From a virus (taxonomy: Duplodnaviria > Caudoviricetes), in the IMG/VR virus record IMGVR_UViG_3300027969_002501, positions 1-52,669 of that record: DNA of 52,669 nucleotides. One strand, given 5' to 3'. Below the pieces are notes generated by a model. It had not been told where the DNA came from. It saw only the letters and a list, made by a program, of their open reading frames with translations, and did no database searches. How positions within the stretch are numbered: the stretch's first letter is position 1; each line of letters opens with the position of its first letter. The translations under genes and the position numbers were made by a program. Below are positions 27,749 through 36,790 of the stretch, piece by piece.

Positions 27749-28439
27749 ATGTGTTCTCCAAACTTAATTTGGAATCCTTTAATTTAGTAATCTTGTTGTG
27801 TATTGCGCCAATCTTGCCACGACTGCGTAGTAATTTAAATGCTAGGTTCTCTACACTAAACTCGCCGCCTCGGGCTAATCCTGCTTGGCGTAACTTCTTT
27901 AAATCAGCCGCAACATCTTCTAGTGTATTTAAGTCATTTGACTTGAGAGCTTTGTTAATCATAATAGCATAACTGCGGGCTTTTTGACGTACTTCCTTGT
28001 CTGATACTTCTGGAGTCTTATGCTCAGGCTTGGTAATCCACTGATTGTTCAGCACACTGAATATGCCAGCTGAATGATGTGTTTGTTTGGCATCCTGCAC
28101 ATATACTTCTACATCAATGCCATGCAACTGTATCTTGTGTTTGAAATTGTAGTTGTTTTTCTTAGCATCAAACAGTTCACGCACAACAGGATCATCTGGC
28201 ATGGTAACTATTAGATGTAGGTCTACATCGCTGTATTCGCTGTAACCATAACTGGCGTTGCTTCCGCTAATGGTTATGTCTTTTAAATTGATTTGGGGAA
28301 GAGCAATAAAGTGGACGAAGTCTTTGGCTATTGCAAGTAATTTGTGACGCACATCTTGTTTTAAGAATGTGCCAGTCCACAGTTTAGGATTCAGTGTGCT
28401 GTGATATGTAACAGCTTTTACAAATTCGTTTATATGCAT
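27738..28439 (-). CDS. Pol-beta superfamily nucleotidyltransferase
   Basis: ITISGSNASYGYSEYSDVDLHL (GS...DxD) and distal DVEVYVQD. Confidence 0.8.
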   Translation of the reverse strand: MHINEFVKAVTYHSTLNPKLWTGTFLKQDVRHKLLAIAKDFVHFIALPQINLKDITISGSNASYGYSEYSDVDLHLIVTMPDDPVVRELFDAKKNNYNFKHKIQLHGIDVEVYVQDAKQTHHSAGIFSVLNNQWITKPEHKTPEVSDKEVRQKARSYAIMINKALKSNDLNTLEDVAADLKKLRQAGLARGGEFSVENLAFKLLRSRGKIGAIHNKITKLKDSKLSLENTYES

Positions 28440-28445
28440 TGTGCA

Positions 28446-28865
28446 TTATTTAAACAAAGCAAGTAAAGTGGTTGCATGACCTGATACAAATCCAAGTGCG
28501 GCAATTGCGCCAGCTGTCATATAAATCCATTTGGTTTTAAATTGCTCCAGATCTTTGACTTTCTTATCTAGCGCCACATGTGCTAGTTGATCTTCTGCAT
28601 GTAACTTGTCTGCGTGTTCAAAGAACTTTGTGCTGTTAGCACGATACTCATCTTGCATTTTTTCCAGCTTGTCTGCCAGCATCTCGCGGGTGTTGTCCAA
28701 ACAGTCATGCATGTCCTTGACGTCGGCGCGAATGTCTTTTTGAGAGTCTTTGATTGATTCGATGCAGACTATCATAGCATCTACTTTGGTTTCTACTACA
28801 GCTACACGTTCAGGCATAGTAGCCAATTGTGCTTGTGCTGATCGTGTGGTTTCTTTAACTGCCAT
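28446..28865 (-). CDS. Coiled-coil protein with C-terminal TM helix
   Basis: ERVAVVETKVD coiled coil; WIYMTAGAIAALGFV. Confidence 0.75.
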   Translation of the reverse strand: MAVKETTRSAQAQLATMPERVAVVETKVDAMIVCIESIKDSQKDIRADVKDMHDCLDNTREMLADKLEKMQDEYRANSTKFFEHADKLHAEDQLAHVALDKKVKDLEQFKTKWIYMTAGAIAALGFVSGHATTLLALFK

Positions 28866-28977
28866 TTATACGCTCATCCGTTAGTTATGTAAATTAATGT
28901 GTCCGGGCTTGTTCCCAGTGTATGATTAATTGCCTAATTGTGAGCCTAGTAGTAAATGACTTTACTATGAGTATTTA

Positions 28978-29379
28978 TTATTTTTGATGAAAAACAATAT
29001 TTCGGTTAGGACCGTCAGTGACAAACACAGCGTAGTTTTGTTCTATGTCTTCTGTAAGATTAGCAATATATGGAACACCGTTGAACATTTCCATCAAGTA
29101 GCCCACAGGGTCTTTGTTTTCTTCAAACACAAAATCTTGCTCTGTGTAAAAATCAAAACGCCATATGCGGGCAATATGGTCGAATTCAAAGCCACATGCT
29201 TTGCCACCAATGTCAAATACTTCGGGCCCGTGCCTGTATGTTATGTTGGAACGTATACCAATAGTTTGCACCACAGTATTGAAGTTTTGTTCTTGCCAAC
29301 GTTCAAGCTCGCGACCCGGCTCATTTCTAAATTGTCCAGTGTGCGTGATATCAACAGTTGTATAGAGTTTATATTCCAT
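28978..29379 (-). CDS. Hypothetical late protein
   Basis: Start moved to MEYKLYTTVDIT, 4 nt after TAAATA. Confidence 0.75.
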   Translation of the reverse strand: MEYKLYTTVDITHTGQFRNEPGRELERWQEQNFNTVVQTIGIRSNITYRHGPEVFDIGGKACGFEFDHIARIWRFDFYTEQDFVFEENKDPVGYLMEMFNGVPYIANLTEDIEQNYAVFVTDGPNRNIVFHQK

Positions 29380-29413
29380 CTTGTATTTAACTGCGTAGTT
29401 AATAGAGGCCAAC

Positions 29414-29434
29414 AAAAAAGGACCCGAAGGTCCT
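29414..29434 (-). terminator. Rho-independent terminator with cUUCGg loop
   Basis: AGGACC-TTCG-GGTCCT-TTTTT. Confidence 0.9.
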
Positions 29435-29467
29435 AATCTGCTTCCCATCCCTGAGAATGTTTAACTA

Positions 29468-29920
29468 TTAAGCAATTGAAACGCCTGTTGCTGTCAATGC
29501 AGTAACAGTAGTTGCGGCTGAACCACCTTTAGCTAATGCTGAAGTGATTGCGGCTTCCATTAAACCAAAACCTGTCAATGATTGTGTGTTACCACTATCA
29601 GCACCGTTTACTGTATCTGAAGATACTGCAACTGCAAAGCCAGTTGAATTTGGTGTTGTAGCATAGTAAACTTCACCGAAGTTTTGCAATGTACGTAATG
29701 CAATTGAATAATCGCTGTTGCTGTTACCATAAGTTGTGCTGAAGTTAACTGCTGTTGATCCGTCTGATCCAACTGCTGTAACTTTAACAAAAATTAAATC
29801 ACGTGTACCGAATGCACTGAATGGGCCTGCGTATGTACGTGCTTGTGATGATTCTGTGTATGATGGTCCAACAATACGACCGTAGTTTGTTGCGACTGTA
29901 GTTCCTAGTAATGATGGCAT
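29468..29920 (-). CDS. Putative virion structural protein
   Basis: T/A/S/G-rich, strongly biased codons, late promoter, GAGGAG SD and its own terminator. Confidence 0.7.
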   Translation of the reverse strand: MPSLLGTTVATNYGRIVGPSYTESSQARTYAGPFSAFGTRDLIFVKVTAVGSDGSTAVNFSTTYGNSNSDYSIALRTLQNFGEVYYATTPNSTGFAVAVSSDTVNGADSGNTQSLTGFGLMEAAITSALAKGGSAATTVTALTATGVSIA

Positions 29921-30006
29921 AATAATCTCCTCTGAATATGCTTATCAAATGACCACGACTCTGTGGCCTTTGTAATTTTATTTAGCCATTTTGGTAAAAA
30001 TGGCGT

Positions 30007-30933
30007 TTATAGGGTTATTTTTTGAGAGATAAGTCGGAACCAGTCTGCTGATCCTTCTTTAATGAAACGATCTGGATACTTCTTCTGCATATCGCCTTTA
30101 AACTGTGCTAAACGCGGGTTGTCTATGCCTTGCGGAATGTGTGCTAGTATACGATCCACTGTGGCTAGCCAGTCCTGATTAGCACCAGGATCGTTGAATA
30201 AACGCTGTGCTATTTTATGTATGTCGCGTTCTAACACTTCGCCATCCGCACGATTCTTTAATGACCCGCCCATGCCATAGTATAAGAATGTACGTTCTAA
30301 ATGATTAGGTACGCTGTTGGCTAGACTGGATAAGGCAAATTGTTGATCCTGCCCGTCCCACTTGTAGTCTTTAGCATAGTCGTGTTCATGATGTTTGACT
30401 GTACTGCTGGCATGTTCCGTGGTCGGAAAGTCCACTTGATAGTAAGATGGAACACTAGTACCCAGTGCTGGCACATCCACTTCCTCACCTGTTGGAATAC
30501 CCAAATGCACTTGTTCACCTGTTTGGGTAACTGCATCAAATGACTGTTTGAGATACTGCGCAAATGCCGCACGTACTTGGCCATCATCTGCACCTGCATC
30601 TAGTCCTAGCTTAGGAGCAATTTCTTTACTGCTGATATGAATGTCAATATCGCCAGCTGTGGTCTTAACACTGCCCATTTTGTAGTATGGATGGCTAGGA
30701 TGCCAACTGCCAGCCGAACCGCTGGTCCAATGTCCTTTGGTACCTAACTCATCCAATATGGGCTGTACTTGTTTAACAATGTTATTGTATGCTTCACGTG
30801 GGATACGTACAATAATGCCCCGAACATTAGTTGGATCAATCTTCTTTTTGGGTTTGGCTGAGTCGCCCAAACGTGTGTCGTTTAGTTCTTCTATTCCATA
30901 CAGGCCAGCTGGCTCTAATGCAAAACCACTCAT
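30007..30933 (-). CDS. Second Pol-beta-like nucleotidyltransferase
   Basis: WTSGSAG...TTAGDIDIHI (GS...GDxD) and distal YQVDF. Confidence 0.65.
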   Translation of the reverse strand: MSGFALEPAGLYGIEELNDTRLGDSAKPKKKIDPTNVRGIIVRIPREAYNNIVKQVQPILDELGTKGHWTSGSAGSWHPSHPYYKMGSVKTTAGDIDIHISSKEIAPKLGLDAGADDGQVRAAFAQYLKQSFDAVTQTGEQVHLGIPTGEEVDVPALGTSVPSYYQVDFPTTEHASSTVKHHEHDYAKDYKWDGQDQQFALSSLANSVPNHLERTFLYYGMGGSLKNRADGEVLERDIHKIAQRLFNDPGANQDWLATVDRILAHIPQGIDNPRLAQFKGDMQKKYPDRFIKEGSADWFRLISQKITL

Positions 30934-31181
30934 TCTTTGCCTTCTTGTATTTTTTTAATGCCGCGTTTGAATTTAGTAACATCGTTAGATTTGATGCTGT
31001 TGATAAAACGGCGTTCTAATTCAGCGGCCGTTTCCACATCATAGTTTTCACGTATAAGTTTCAATAAGTTAACAGCACTATCGATCAAATTGGAACCGCG
31101 ACTTTCTATGATCAAATCAGTGTCTCGTTTGACTCCTAAATCGCTTAGTTCTTGTAATATACTACGGGTGCTCTTACGCAT
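30930..31181 (-). CDS. Conserved-type hypothetical protein
   Basis: MRKSTRSILQEL...AELERRFINSIK; late promoter at about 31202-31208. Confidence 0.75.
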   Translation of the reverse strand: MRKSTRSILQELSDLGVKRDTDLIIESRGSNLIDSAVNLLKLIRENYDVETAAELERRFINSIKSNDVTKFKRGIKKIQEGKE

Positions 31182-31331
31182 ATTGTTAATCTCTCTTACT
31201 GTATTTATTTGATTGTAACATTTGTTGAAACGGAAATCAAGCGGGTTGGTTTTAATCTTAGTGTAATACTAACAGGGCTAAATACTCAGTAGAAACCATG
31301 AGTAGCTACACACACTTACAGAGGAAACACA

Positions 31332-31508
31332 ATGAAATTCTTATCAAACCGTATGATAGCCATTATGGAACGTTTAGCAGAAATGTTCCCAGGTTCATCA
31401 TATCAATCAAGTCTAGATGCTTATCTAGCAGACAAAGGCATTACCGATGCCGCACAATTAGAAAACTATATCCAACAGTTTAACTATCAAAAGGAAAAAT
31501 ACCTATGA
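31332..31508 (+). CDS. 58-aa protein, DUF3563-like
   Basis: Hand-translated MKFLSNRM...SSLDAYLADKGITDAAQLENYIQQF; GAGGA SD; family call from memory of the motif. Confidence 0.6.
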   Translation: MKFLSNRMIAIMERLAEMFPGSSYQSSLDAYLADKGITDAAQLENYIQQFNYQKEKYL

Positions 31509-31606
31509 AAATCATTAGAAACACTTGGGAATTTTTGATTGCCCTTGCTGAATCATTACACGAGTATCGTAGTCGTAAAGGATATCACAATGGCGGCTAT
31601 TATTAA
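31505..31606 (+). CDS. 33-aa hypothetical protein
   Basis: ATGA overlap, AAGGA SD: MKIIRNTWEFLIALAESLHEYRSRKGYHNGGYY. Confidence 0.55.
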   Translation: MKIIRNTWEFLIALAESLHEYRSRKGYHNGGYY

Positions 31607-31697
31607 ACAGCTAGAGTACTACGAACAACACTATGGTGAAAAGATAGCCGCTTGGGCTATTGCGGCCATGGTAGTTTATCTAGTCATAGCACAGTAA
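31590..31697 (+). CDS. 35-aa membrane peptide
   Basis: AAGGA SD: MAAIIKQLEYYEQHYGEKIAAWAIAAMVVYLVIAQ. Confidence 0.5.
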   Translation: MAAIIKQLEYYEQHYGEKIAAWAIAAMVVYLVIAQ

Positions 31698-31808
31698 ACG
31701 AACAGATAAGTTCGTAAATTAGTTGCTTTTTTAACGAAAGGCATATATAATAACTGTAACAGCAAAATGTTGTTACTGACACACAAACATTACACACAGG
31801 AGAATAAT

Positions 31809-32015
31809 ATGTTTAATCAAACTATCGACGCCATTCAAACTGGCAAGAAAACCATCGTTAACACATTCGTTACCGACAAAGAAATCCAATCAAAATTGGT
31901 CACACTGATTGAAGCACAAACTAAGTTTTATCAAGGTTGGGTTGACACAACTCTAACACTTGCACAAACACTAGTTGCCAATGCTAAAAACTCAGTTTAC
32001 AAAGGAGCAAAATAA
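31809..32015 (+). CDS. Phasin-like amphipathic helical protein
   Basis: MFNQTIDAIQTGKKTIVNTFV...LIEAQTKF; AGGAG SD before ATG 31809. Confidence 0.55.
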   Translation: MFNQTIDAIQTGKKTIVNTFVTDKEIQSKLVTLIEAQTKFYQGWVDTTLTLAQTLVANAKNSVYKGAK

Positions 32016-32281
32016 TGTCCTTTGATACGCCAAAACTACCAGAAGTTAAGTTCAGCAAGAACGGTTACGAAATTCGTTCAGACGTGTTGGCCATGGCCAA
32101 AGACGCTGTCATGGAAGAATATCATATGAAGTTTCGTGGCTGGGAAATGTCAGTTCAGAAAGATGAAAAGACAGGTCAAGTTGTTACCCAAGTAGGTATG
32201 CCAGAATTTCCAGGTCTAGACAAGATCATGGAAGCCGCGGAAAAGTTCTATGGGTTCGTAAATACGGGCACAAAGAAGTAA
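32015..32281 (+). CDS. Hypothetical protein
   Basis: AAGGAG SD; KNGYEIRSDVLAMAKD...AEKFYGFV. Confidence 0.8.
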   Translation: MSFDTPKLPEVKFSKNGYEIRSDVLAMAKDAVMEEYHMKFRGWEMSVQKDEKTGQVVTQVGMPEFPGLDKIMEAAEKFYGFVNTGTKK

Positions 32282-32317
32282 GCATAGCTTGTTCGCCAGA
32301 GTAGCGTAACACTCAGT

Positions 32318-32345
32318 AAAAAAGGACCTCTGGGTCCTTTTTTTT
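32318..32345. terminator. Bidirectional Rho-independent terminator
   Basis: A6-GGACC-TCTG-GGTCC-T8 between convergent genes. Confidence 0.9.
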
Positions 32346-32754
32346 ATCCTATTGCATCTTGTTCAAACAAGTCCGGATGTTCTTTGCCCCAATTGCGCAT
32401 GATAACAGCGGCCTTAGCATTGGCTTCGTTTTCTTGTGGGCTACCTGTGGCACCTGCATTTTCATCCATCAATTGATCTTCTAAGTCTTGTTTGTAATGC
32501 ACCATCTCATGTGCCAGTGTGCGACACACATCCATAATATGGCGATTCTTCACAGTAACATCAATGTGACGTTCGCCTGGCATATATCCGCCAAAGCTCT
32601 TACGGTCAACACTGGTATTACTGTCAAAGATAAAATGAAACTTTGGCAGTGTTTTGAGTTCCAATGACTCGGCCGCATACTTTACAAATTCATGCAGTAT
32701 GTTAAACGTGGCACGTTTGTCCAGACTTTCCGTTAATATGTGACGTACTTTCAT
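32344..32754 (-). CDS. HExxH zinc metallopeptidase-like protein
   Basis: RTLAHEMVHYKQ...ENEANA; N-terminus MKVRHILTES. Confidence 0.8.
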   Translation of the reverse strand: MKVRHILTESLDKRATFNILHEFVKYAAESLELKTLPKFHFIFDSNTSVDRKSFGGYMPGERHIDVTVKNRHIMDVCRTLAHEMVHYKQDLEDQLMDENAGATGSPQENEANAKAAVIMRNWGKEHPDLFEQDAIG

Positions 32755-33137
32755 TATACACCGTACCGGTTACGTTTAGGTTTAGCTACTGGACTGACTG
32801 CATACACATCAGTTTCTGTACTTTGACTACTGGCAATACGAGTGGCTTTGACACCCATCATCTTGTCGGCCAGTCGAATAGTTTCTTCATCTTCCACACT
32901 GAATGGTACTATTGCTAGATTCTCTGCCCATGCACTTTCTTGTTCAAATTCAACTTCGTGATCTCTATTGGCTCTTGCACCTGCTAAGGCAATGCCGTAA
33001 CGATATTGCATATAGGGATCAGTATTACGTAAGTCACGCTGTACAAATGCTCCGGGCAAACTGTTGCTGACCTGTGCGTCTACTTTGCCAAAAGTGCCGT
33101 GTAACTTAGTTTCTGGTAGGAATTCTTTTGCTCTCAT
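32754..33137 (-). CDS. Hypothetical late protein (MRAKEFLPE N-terminus)
   Basis: ATG 33137 lies 5 nt after TAAATA. Confidence 0.75.
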   Translation of the reverse strand: MRAKEFLPETKLHGTFGKVDAQVSNSLPGAFVQRDLRNTDPYMQYRYGIALAGARANRDHEVEFEQESAWAENLAIVPFSVEDEETIRLADKMMGVKATRIASSQSTETDVYAVSPVAKPKRNRYGV

Positions 33138-33142
33138 ATCTA

Positions 33143-33155
33143 TATTTAGTAAATA
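33143..33155. promoter_or_regulatory. Back-to-back divergent late promoters
   Basis: TATTTA-G-TAAATA, with ATGs 5 and 7 nt away on either side. Confidence 0.75.
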
Positions 33156-33162
33156 GCTTACT

Positions 33163-34356
33163 ATGATAAACAAAGAACCCTTTCAAAAACTGATAGCAGA
33201 TTTAAAAGACAACGGCAAATATCGTGTGTTCAACGATATTCTGCGTGAAAACGGCAAATTTCCACAGGCTATTTGGTACGGCCCGTACAACATTAAGAAC
33301 ATTACCAACTGGTGTAGCAATGACTACTTAGGCATGGGCCAGCACAAAGTTGTGCTAGATGCTATGCATACTGCCTTGGACATGACAGGTGCAGGATCAG
33401 GTGGTACACGCAACATTGCAGGCACCAGCCACTATCATGTGGCACTTGAACACGAGCTAGCCACATTGCACAAGAAAGAAAAGGCTCTGTTGTTTAGTAG
33501 TGCCTATGTGGCCAACGAGTGGACATTGATAGCACTTGCTAAGATTATTCCCAACATTGAATACATCAGCGATGAAAACAATCACAACAGTATCATTGTA
33601 GGCATCCAACATAGCAAGGCTAAAAAAGTTGTGTTTAAGCACAATGACTTAGAAGATCTAGATCAGAAACTTAAGATTAGTTTTGCACAAGGCAATACAC
33701 CTTGTGTAGTATTTGAAAGTGTTTACAGTATGGATGGTGATTGCGGACACATCAAAGAGATATGTCGCCTTGCAGAAAAATACAAAGCAATAACATACAT
33801 CGATGAAGTACATGCTGTTGGCTTGTACGGTCCAAAAGGCGGCGGCAAATTAGAACAACTTGGACTACAAGACAAGGTTGACATAGTCAACGGTACCTTG
33901 GGAAAGGCCTTTGGCGTCCAAGGTGGTTACATTGCCTGTGACAGCATAGTAGCAGATGCTATCCGTTCAGTGGCCGCGGGTTTTATCTTTACAACGTCAA
34001 TGAGTCCAGTTACGTGTGCTGGCGCATTGGCCGCCATTAAGTATCTTAAGGATCATAACGAAATACGTGAGAAACATCAAGAACGTGCTCGTAAACTAAA
34101 GCATCGATTGGGTGTTGCTGGTATTGAAGTTATGGCTTGTGCTACAGAACACATCGTTCCTGTGCTAGTTGGAGATGCTAAAAAATGTAAAGCTATGAGC
34201 GATGCATTATTAAATGATCACAACATATATGTACAGCCAATTAATTTTCCTACTGTGGATGTAGGAACGGAGAGGTTACGTTTTGCACCTACTCCGTTTC
34301 ACGATGATGGAATGATCGAAGATTTGATCAAAGCCCTTGTGGCTGTAAGTTTATAA
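33163..34356 (+). CDS. hemA: 5-aminolevulinate synthase (Shemin/C4 pathway)
   Basis: [47 protein letters not shown] (PLP Lys), [17 protein letters not shown]. Confidence 0.96.
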   Translation: MINKEPFQKLIADLKDNGKYRVFNDILRENGKFPQAIWYGPYNIKNITNWCSNDYLGMGQHKVVLDAMHTALDMTGAGSGGTRNIAGTSHYHVALEHELATLHKKEKALLFSSAYVANEWTLIALAKIIPNIEYISDENNHNSIIVGIQHSKAKKVVFKHNDLEDLDQKLKISFAQGNTPCVVFESVYSMDGDCGHIKEICRLAEKYKAITYIDEVHAVGLYGPKGGGKLEQLGLQDKVDIVNGTLGKAFGVQGGYIACDSIVADAIRSVAAGFIFTTSMSPVTCAGALAAIKYLKDHNEIREKHQERARKLKHRLGVAGIEVMACATEHIVPVLVGDAKKCKAMSDALLNDHNIYVQPINFPTVDVGTERLRFAPTPFHDDGMIEDLIKALVAVSL

Positions 34357-34714
34357 CTTCGTCTGGACTAAGTTTACAAACGTCATCTTCGTACTCTGCT
34401 GATCCAGACTCCATTAGCACACTGCCTGGAACTAACGCTTCAACTTGAAATGGTTTTAGTGGCGGCACAGCAATCACATCGCCTTGTTTGATTACATTCT
34501 CTTTGGCAACACCTGTGTCTGTATCAATCCAACGAACAATAAATGTTCCTTCGTGAACAAACCAGCTTTTGTGTCTTAACTTTTGAAATTGAATTGCAGT
34601 TTTTACGCCGCTGGCTTTAAAAATTAATAACTTGCCACAGTACTGTTCCGAACTACACCAAATTATCTCTGTGCCCCATGTTGTTTCTGTTGCACCGGTA
34701 TCACGAATTTTCAT
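34328..34714 (-). CDS. Cupin-fold protein
   Basis: WGTEIIW...YCGKLL...SWFVHEG; metal His residues appear degenerate. Confidence 0.7.
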   Translation of the reverse strand: MKIRDTGATETTWGTEIIWCSSEQYCGKLLIFKASGVKTAIQFQKLRHKSWFVHEGTFIVRWIDTDTGVAKENVIKQGDVIAVPPLKPFQVEALVPGSVLMESGSAEYEDDVCKLSPDEVINLQPQGL

Positions 34715-34734
34715 ATAGTAGTCTCCTAAACTAC

Positions 34735-34911
34735 TTATACGTCACTCTTAGGCGGGCAACAGAATCTAGGATCACACCAATCATAATTTGGATCATAATC
34801 TTGGCCGTTGTAACCAGCATAGGCTAGGCTCATGCCGATGCCATAAATGGCTAGGCCTGTGATAAATTTATTACACAGGACTGTAAGGATTTTTCGGAGT
34901 GTCATAACCAT
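34735..34911 (-). CDS. Small membrane/secreted protein
   Basis: TM helix then YDWCDPRFCCPP; start uncertain. Confidence 0.55.
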   Translation of the reverse strand: MVMTLRKILTVLCNKFITGLAIYGIGMSLAYAGYNGQDYDPNYDWCDPRFCCPPKSDV

Positions 34912-34943
34912 CGTCCTCTGGGTATACTGGATAGTTGTTTGGA

Positions 34944-35756
34944 TCAGTCTTCTGACTTGCCACATTTAGCACGTTTAGCATTTGTAAGAGCTCCAAAGTT
35001 TACAGGCCATTCTTGTCCTGGTTGTAGTTCAACAGCGCCTGCTGGGAACTTATATTGTACACCGGCTTCTTTCTGAATGTCAGCTACTGGTACACGGAAC
35101 TTGGTCAAGTCGTTGCCAAGATTAACGTATGGCTTGGTGTGTGGAAATCTCCATCCAGCAATTTGTTTTGTTTGATTATTGATTACAATTTTGTAGTAAC
35201 CGTGTGGAACGATAACGCCATTACCAATGTATGGATCACCAGCGCCATATAATGCTCCCACGAATATCGTGTAGCTCTGGTTGCCCTGAACTGCCCAACC
35301 GCGGACTGATGTTTCCAGTAATTTCCAAATTCCACGATTCAATGATCCATGTTGTGGGTACATGTTTGTCATTAGGAACGATTCGTATTCTACGATCTCG
35401 CTCCACGAAAGGTCCCCGTCTGGTGCGGCATGGCCTTTATCGTAACCAGTGCCAGCATAATCTGACGGGGTAGCTCCTCCTTGAATTGATCGATCAGCAA
35501 CGAACGCATTGGTACGTGGCCAGCATCCTAGTGCATTTTGTGGTAGTAGTGTGTAGGCAACATAGGCAGGAATCTTAACAGGAGCATCGTATGCTACTAG
35601 ATATGCTTCGCGGCAAATTGGTTGTGCTGTACGAGCTGTTTGTGCCCAGCCATACGGACTATGTACTTTACAAGCATCAACTGGTAATGGAGCACGTTGC
35701 TCCCAAGCAAAGGCTTGTGTAGATAATAATGCTAATAGAACTAATAATTTCTTCAT
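34944..35756 (-). CDS. Secreted DNA/RNA non-specific endonuclease (NucA/EndoG family)
   Basis: Signal peptide; GYDKGHAAP, SFLMTNMYPQ, LNRGIWKLLE. Confidence 0.93.
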   Translation of the reverse strand: MKKLLVLLALLSTQAFAWEQRAPLPVDACKVHSPYGWAQTARTAQPICREAYLVAYDAPVKIPAYVAYTLLPQNALGCWPRTNAFVADRSIQGGATPSDYAGTGYDKGHAAPDGDLSWSEIVEYESFLMTNMYPQHGSLNRGIWKLLETSVRGWAVQGNQSYTIFVGALYGAGDPYIGNGVIVPHGYYKIVINNQTKQIAGWRFPHTKPYVNLGNDLTKFRVPVADIQKEAGVQYKFPAGAVELQPGQEWPVNFGALTNAKRAKCGKSED

Positions 35757-35791
35757 TGAGTAGTACCTTATAATTAAGTACTACTATTTAC

Positions 35792-36208
35792 CTAGAAACT
35801 GTTATTGAACCAACCTATCTTACGGCCTTCTGCAATGCGTTGATCGTGCTCTTCCACACTGCCGGGCCATCGCCATGCCCACACTGCTACAAACAACATG
35901 AAGATGCCTGTATAAATTACGCCTTTAACGGGAACAGTAAAGCTCATGATAAGCAAACTAGTACCCATCATGACTAACATAAAGTATTTCATCTTTGTAG
36001 GGAACACACGCTTGGTATTCCAGTTGGTTAGGAATGGCCCAAACAATGGGTGACTGTAAAGCCAACGATGCATACGTTCGTTGCCCTTGCTAAAACAATA
36101 GGCCGCCGCAACAATAAAACAACTATATGGAATGCCAGGAGTTATAACTCCGATATATGCCATACCTAAACTTAGAAATCCCAAGCAATTCCAAAATAGT
36201 TTTTTCAA
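35792..36208 (-). CDS. YbaN/DUF454 inner membrane protein
   Basis: IGVITPGIP...AAYCFSKGNERMHRWLYSHPLFGPFLTNW. Confidence 0.88.
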   Translation of the reverse strand: MKKLFWNCLGFLSLGMAYIGVITPGIPYSCFIVAAAYCFSKGNERMHRWLYSHPLFGPFLTNWNTKRVFPTKMKYFMLVMMGTSLLIMSFTVPVKGVIYTGIFMLFVAVWAWRWPGSVEEHDQRIAEGRKIGWFNNSF

Positions 36209-36714
36209 TTCATATACTCCGCCCAAATAGGGTGTTGTAGTTGGAATGGTTCCTTCTTACGCTTGCCTACCAGTTCATAGTAGTCAGGCTTGTAAGGCTT
36301 CTTCAATGGCTTCAATCCAACTTTGTCACTCTTGTGACTGTTACATGGACCACATGCTGTTACACAGTTGTCCCATGTAGTCTTTCCACCCTTACTTACA
36401 GGATGTACGTGATCCAATGTACTTACTTTTTTATCCACATGCTTGGCGCAATACTGGCAAACACCCTCGTCACGTAGGTATACGTTAGCACGGCTGAAAC
36501 GAACTGCGCTCTTGATTTTCATGTATTCTGTTAACATGATAACTGAAGGCACAGGTGTTTCCCAACGTGATGAACGCACGATCCAATCGTCGTGCCAAGC
36601 TAGCACACGGGCCTTTTCCAGGACCATGTATTTGATTGCTTCTTGCCAGCCAATCGTGCTTAAAGGAAGGTAGCTAACAGGAAGGCCGTCAGCGTTTAAA
36701 ACTAAAGTGCTCAT
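36205..36714 (-). CDS. HNH endonuclease
   Basis: LVLNAD, RDEGVCQYC, TLDHVHPVSKGG..TWDNCVTACGPCNSHK. Confidence 0.95.
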   Translation of the reverse strand: MSTLVLNADGLPVSYLPLSTIGWQEAIKYMVLEKARVLAWHDDWIVRSSRWETPVPSVIMLTEYMKIKSAVRFSRANVYLRDEGVCQYCAKHVDKKVSTLDHVHPVSKGGKTTWDNCVTACGPCNSHKSDKVGLKPLKKPYKPDYYELVGKRKKEPFQLQHPIWAEYMN

Positions 36715-36790
36715 AATTGATTCTCTTGATTGTGTTTACAGACCCAACCAAAAAGTATAACGAAGTCATCATTATACTAGAATATTTAAC

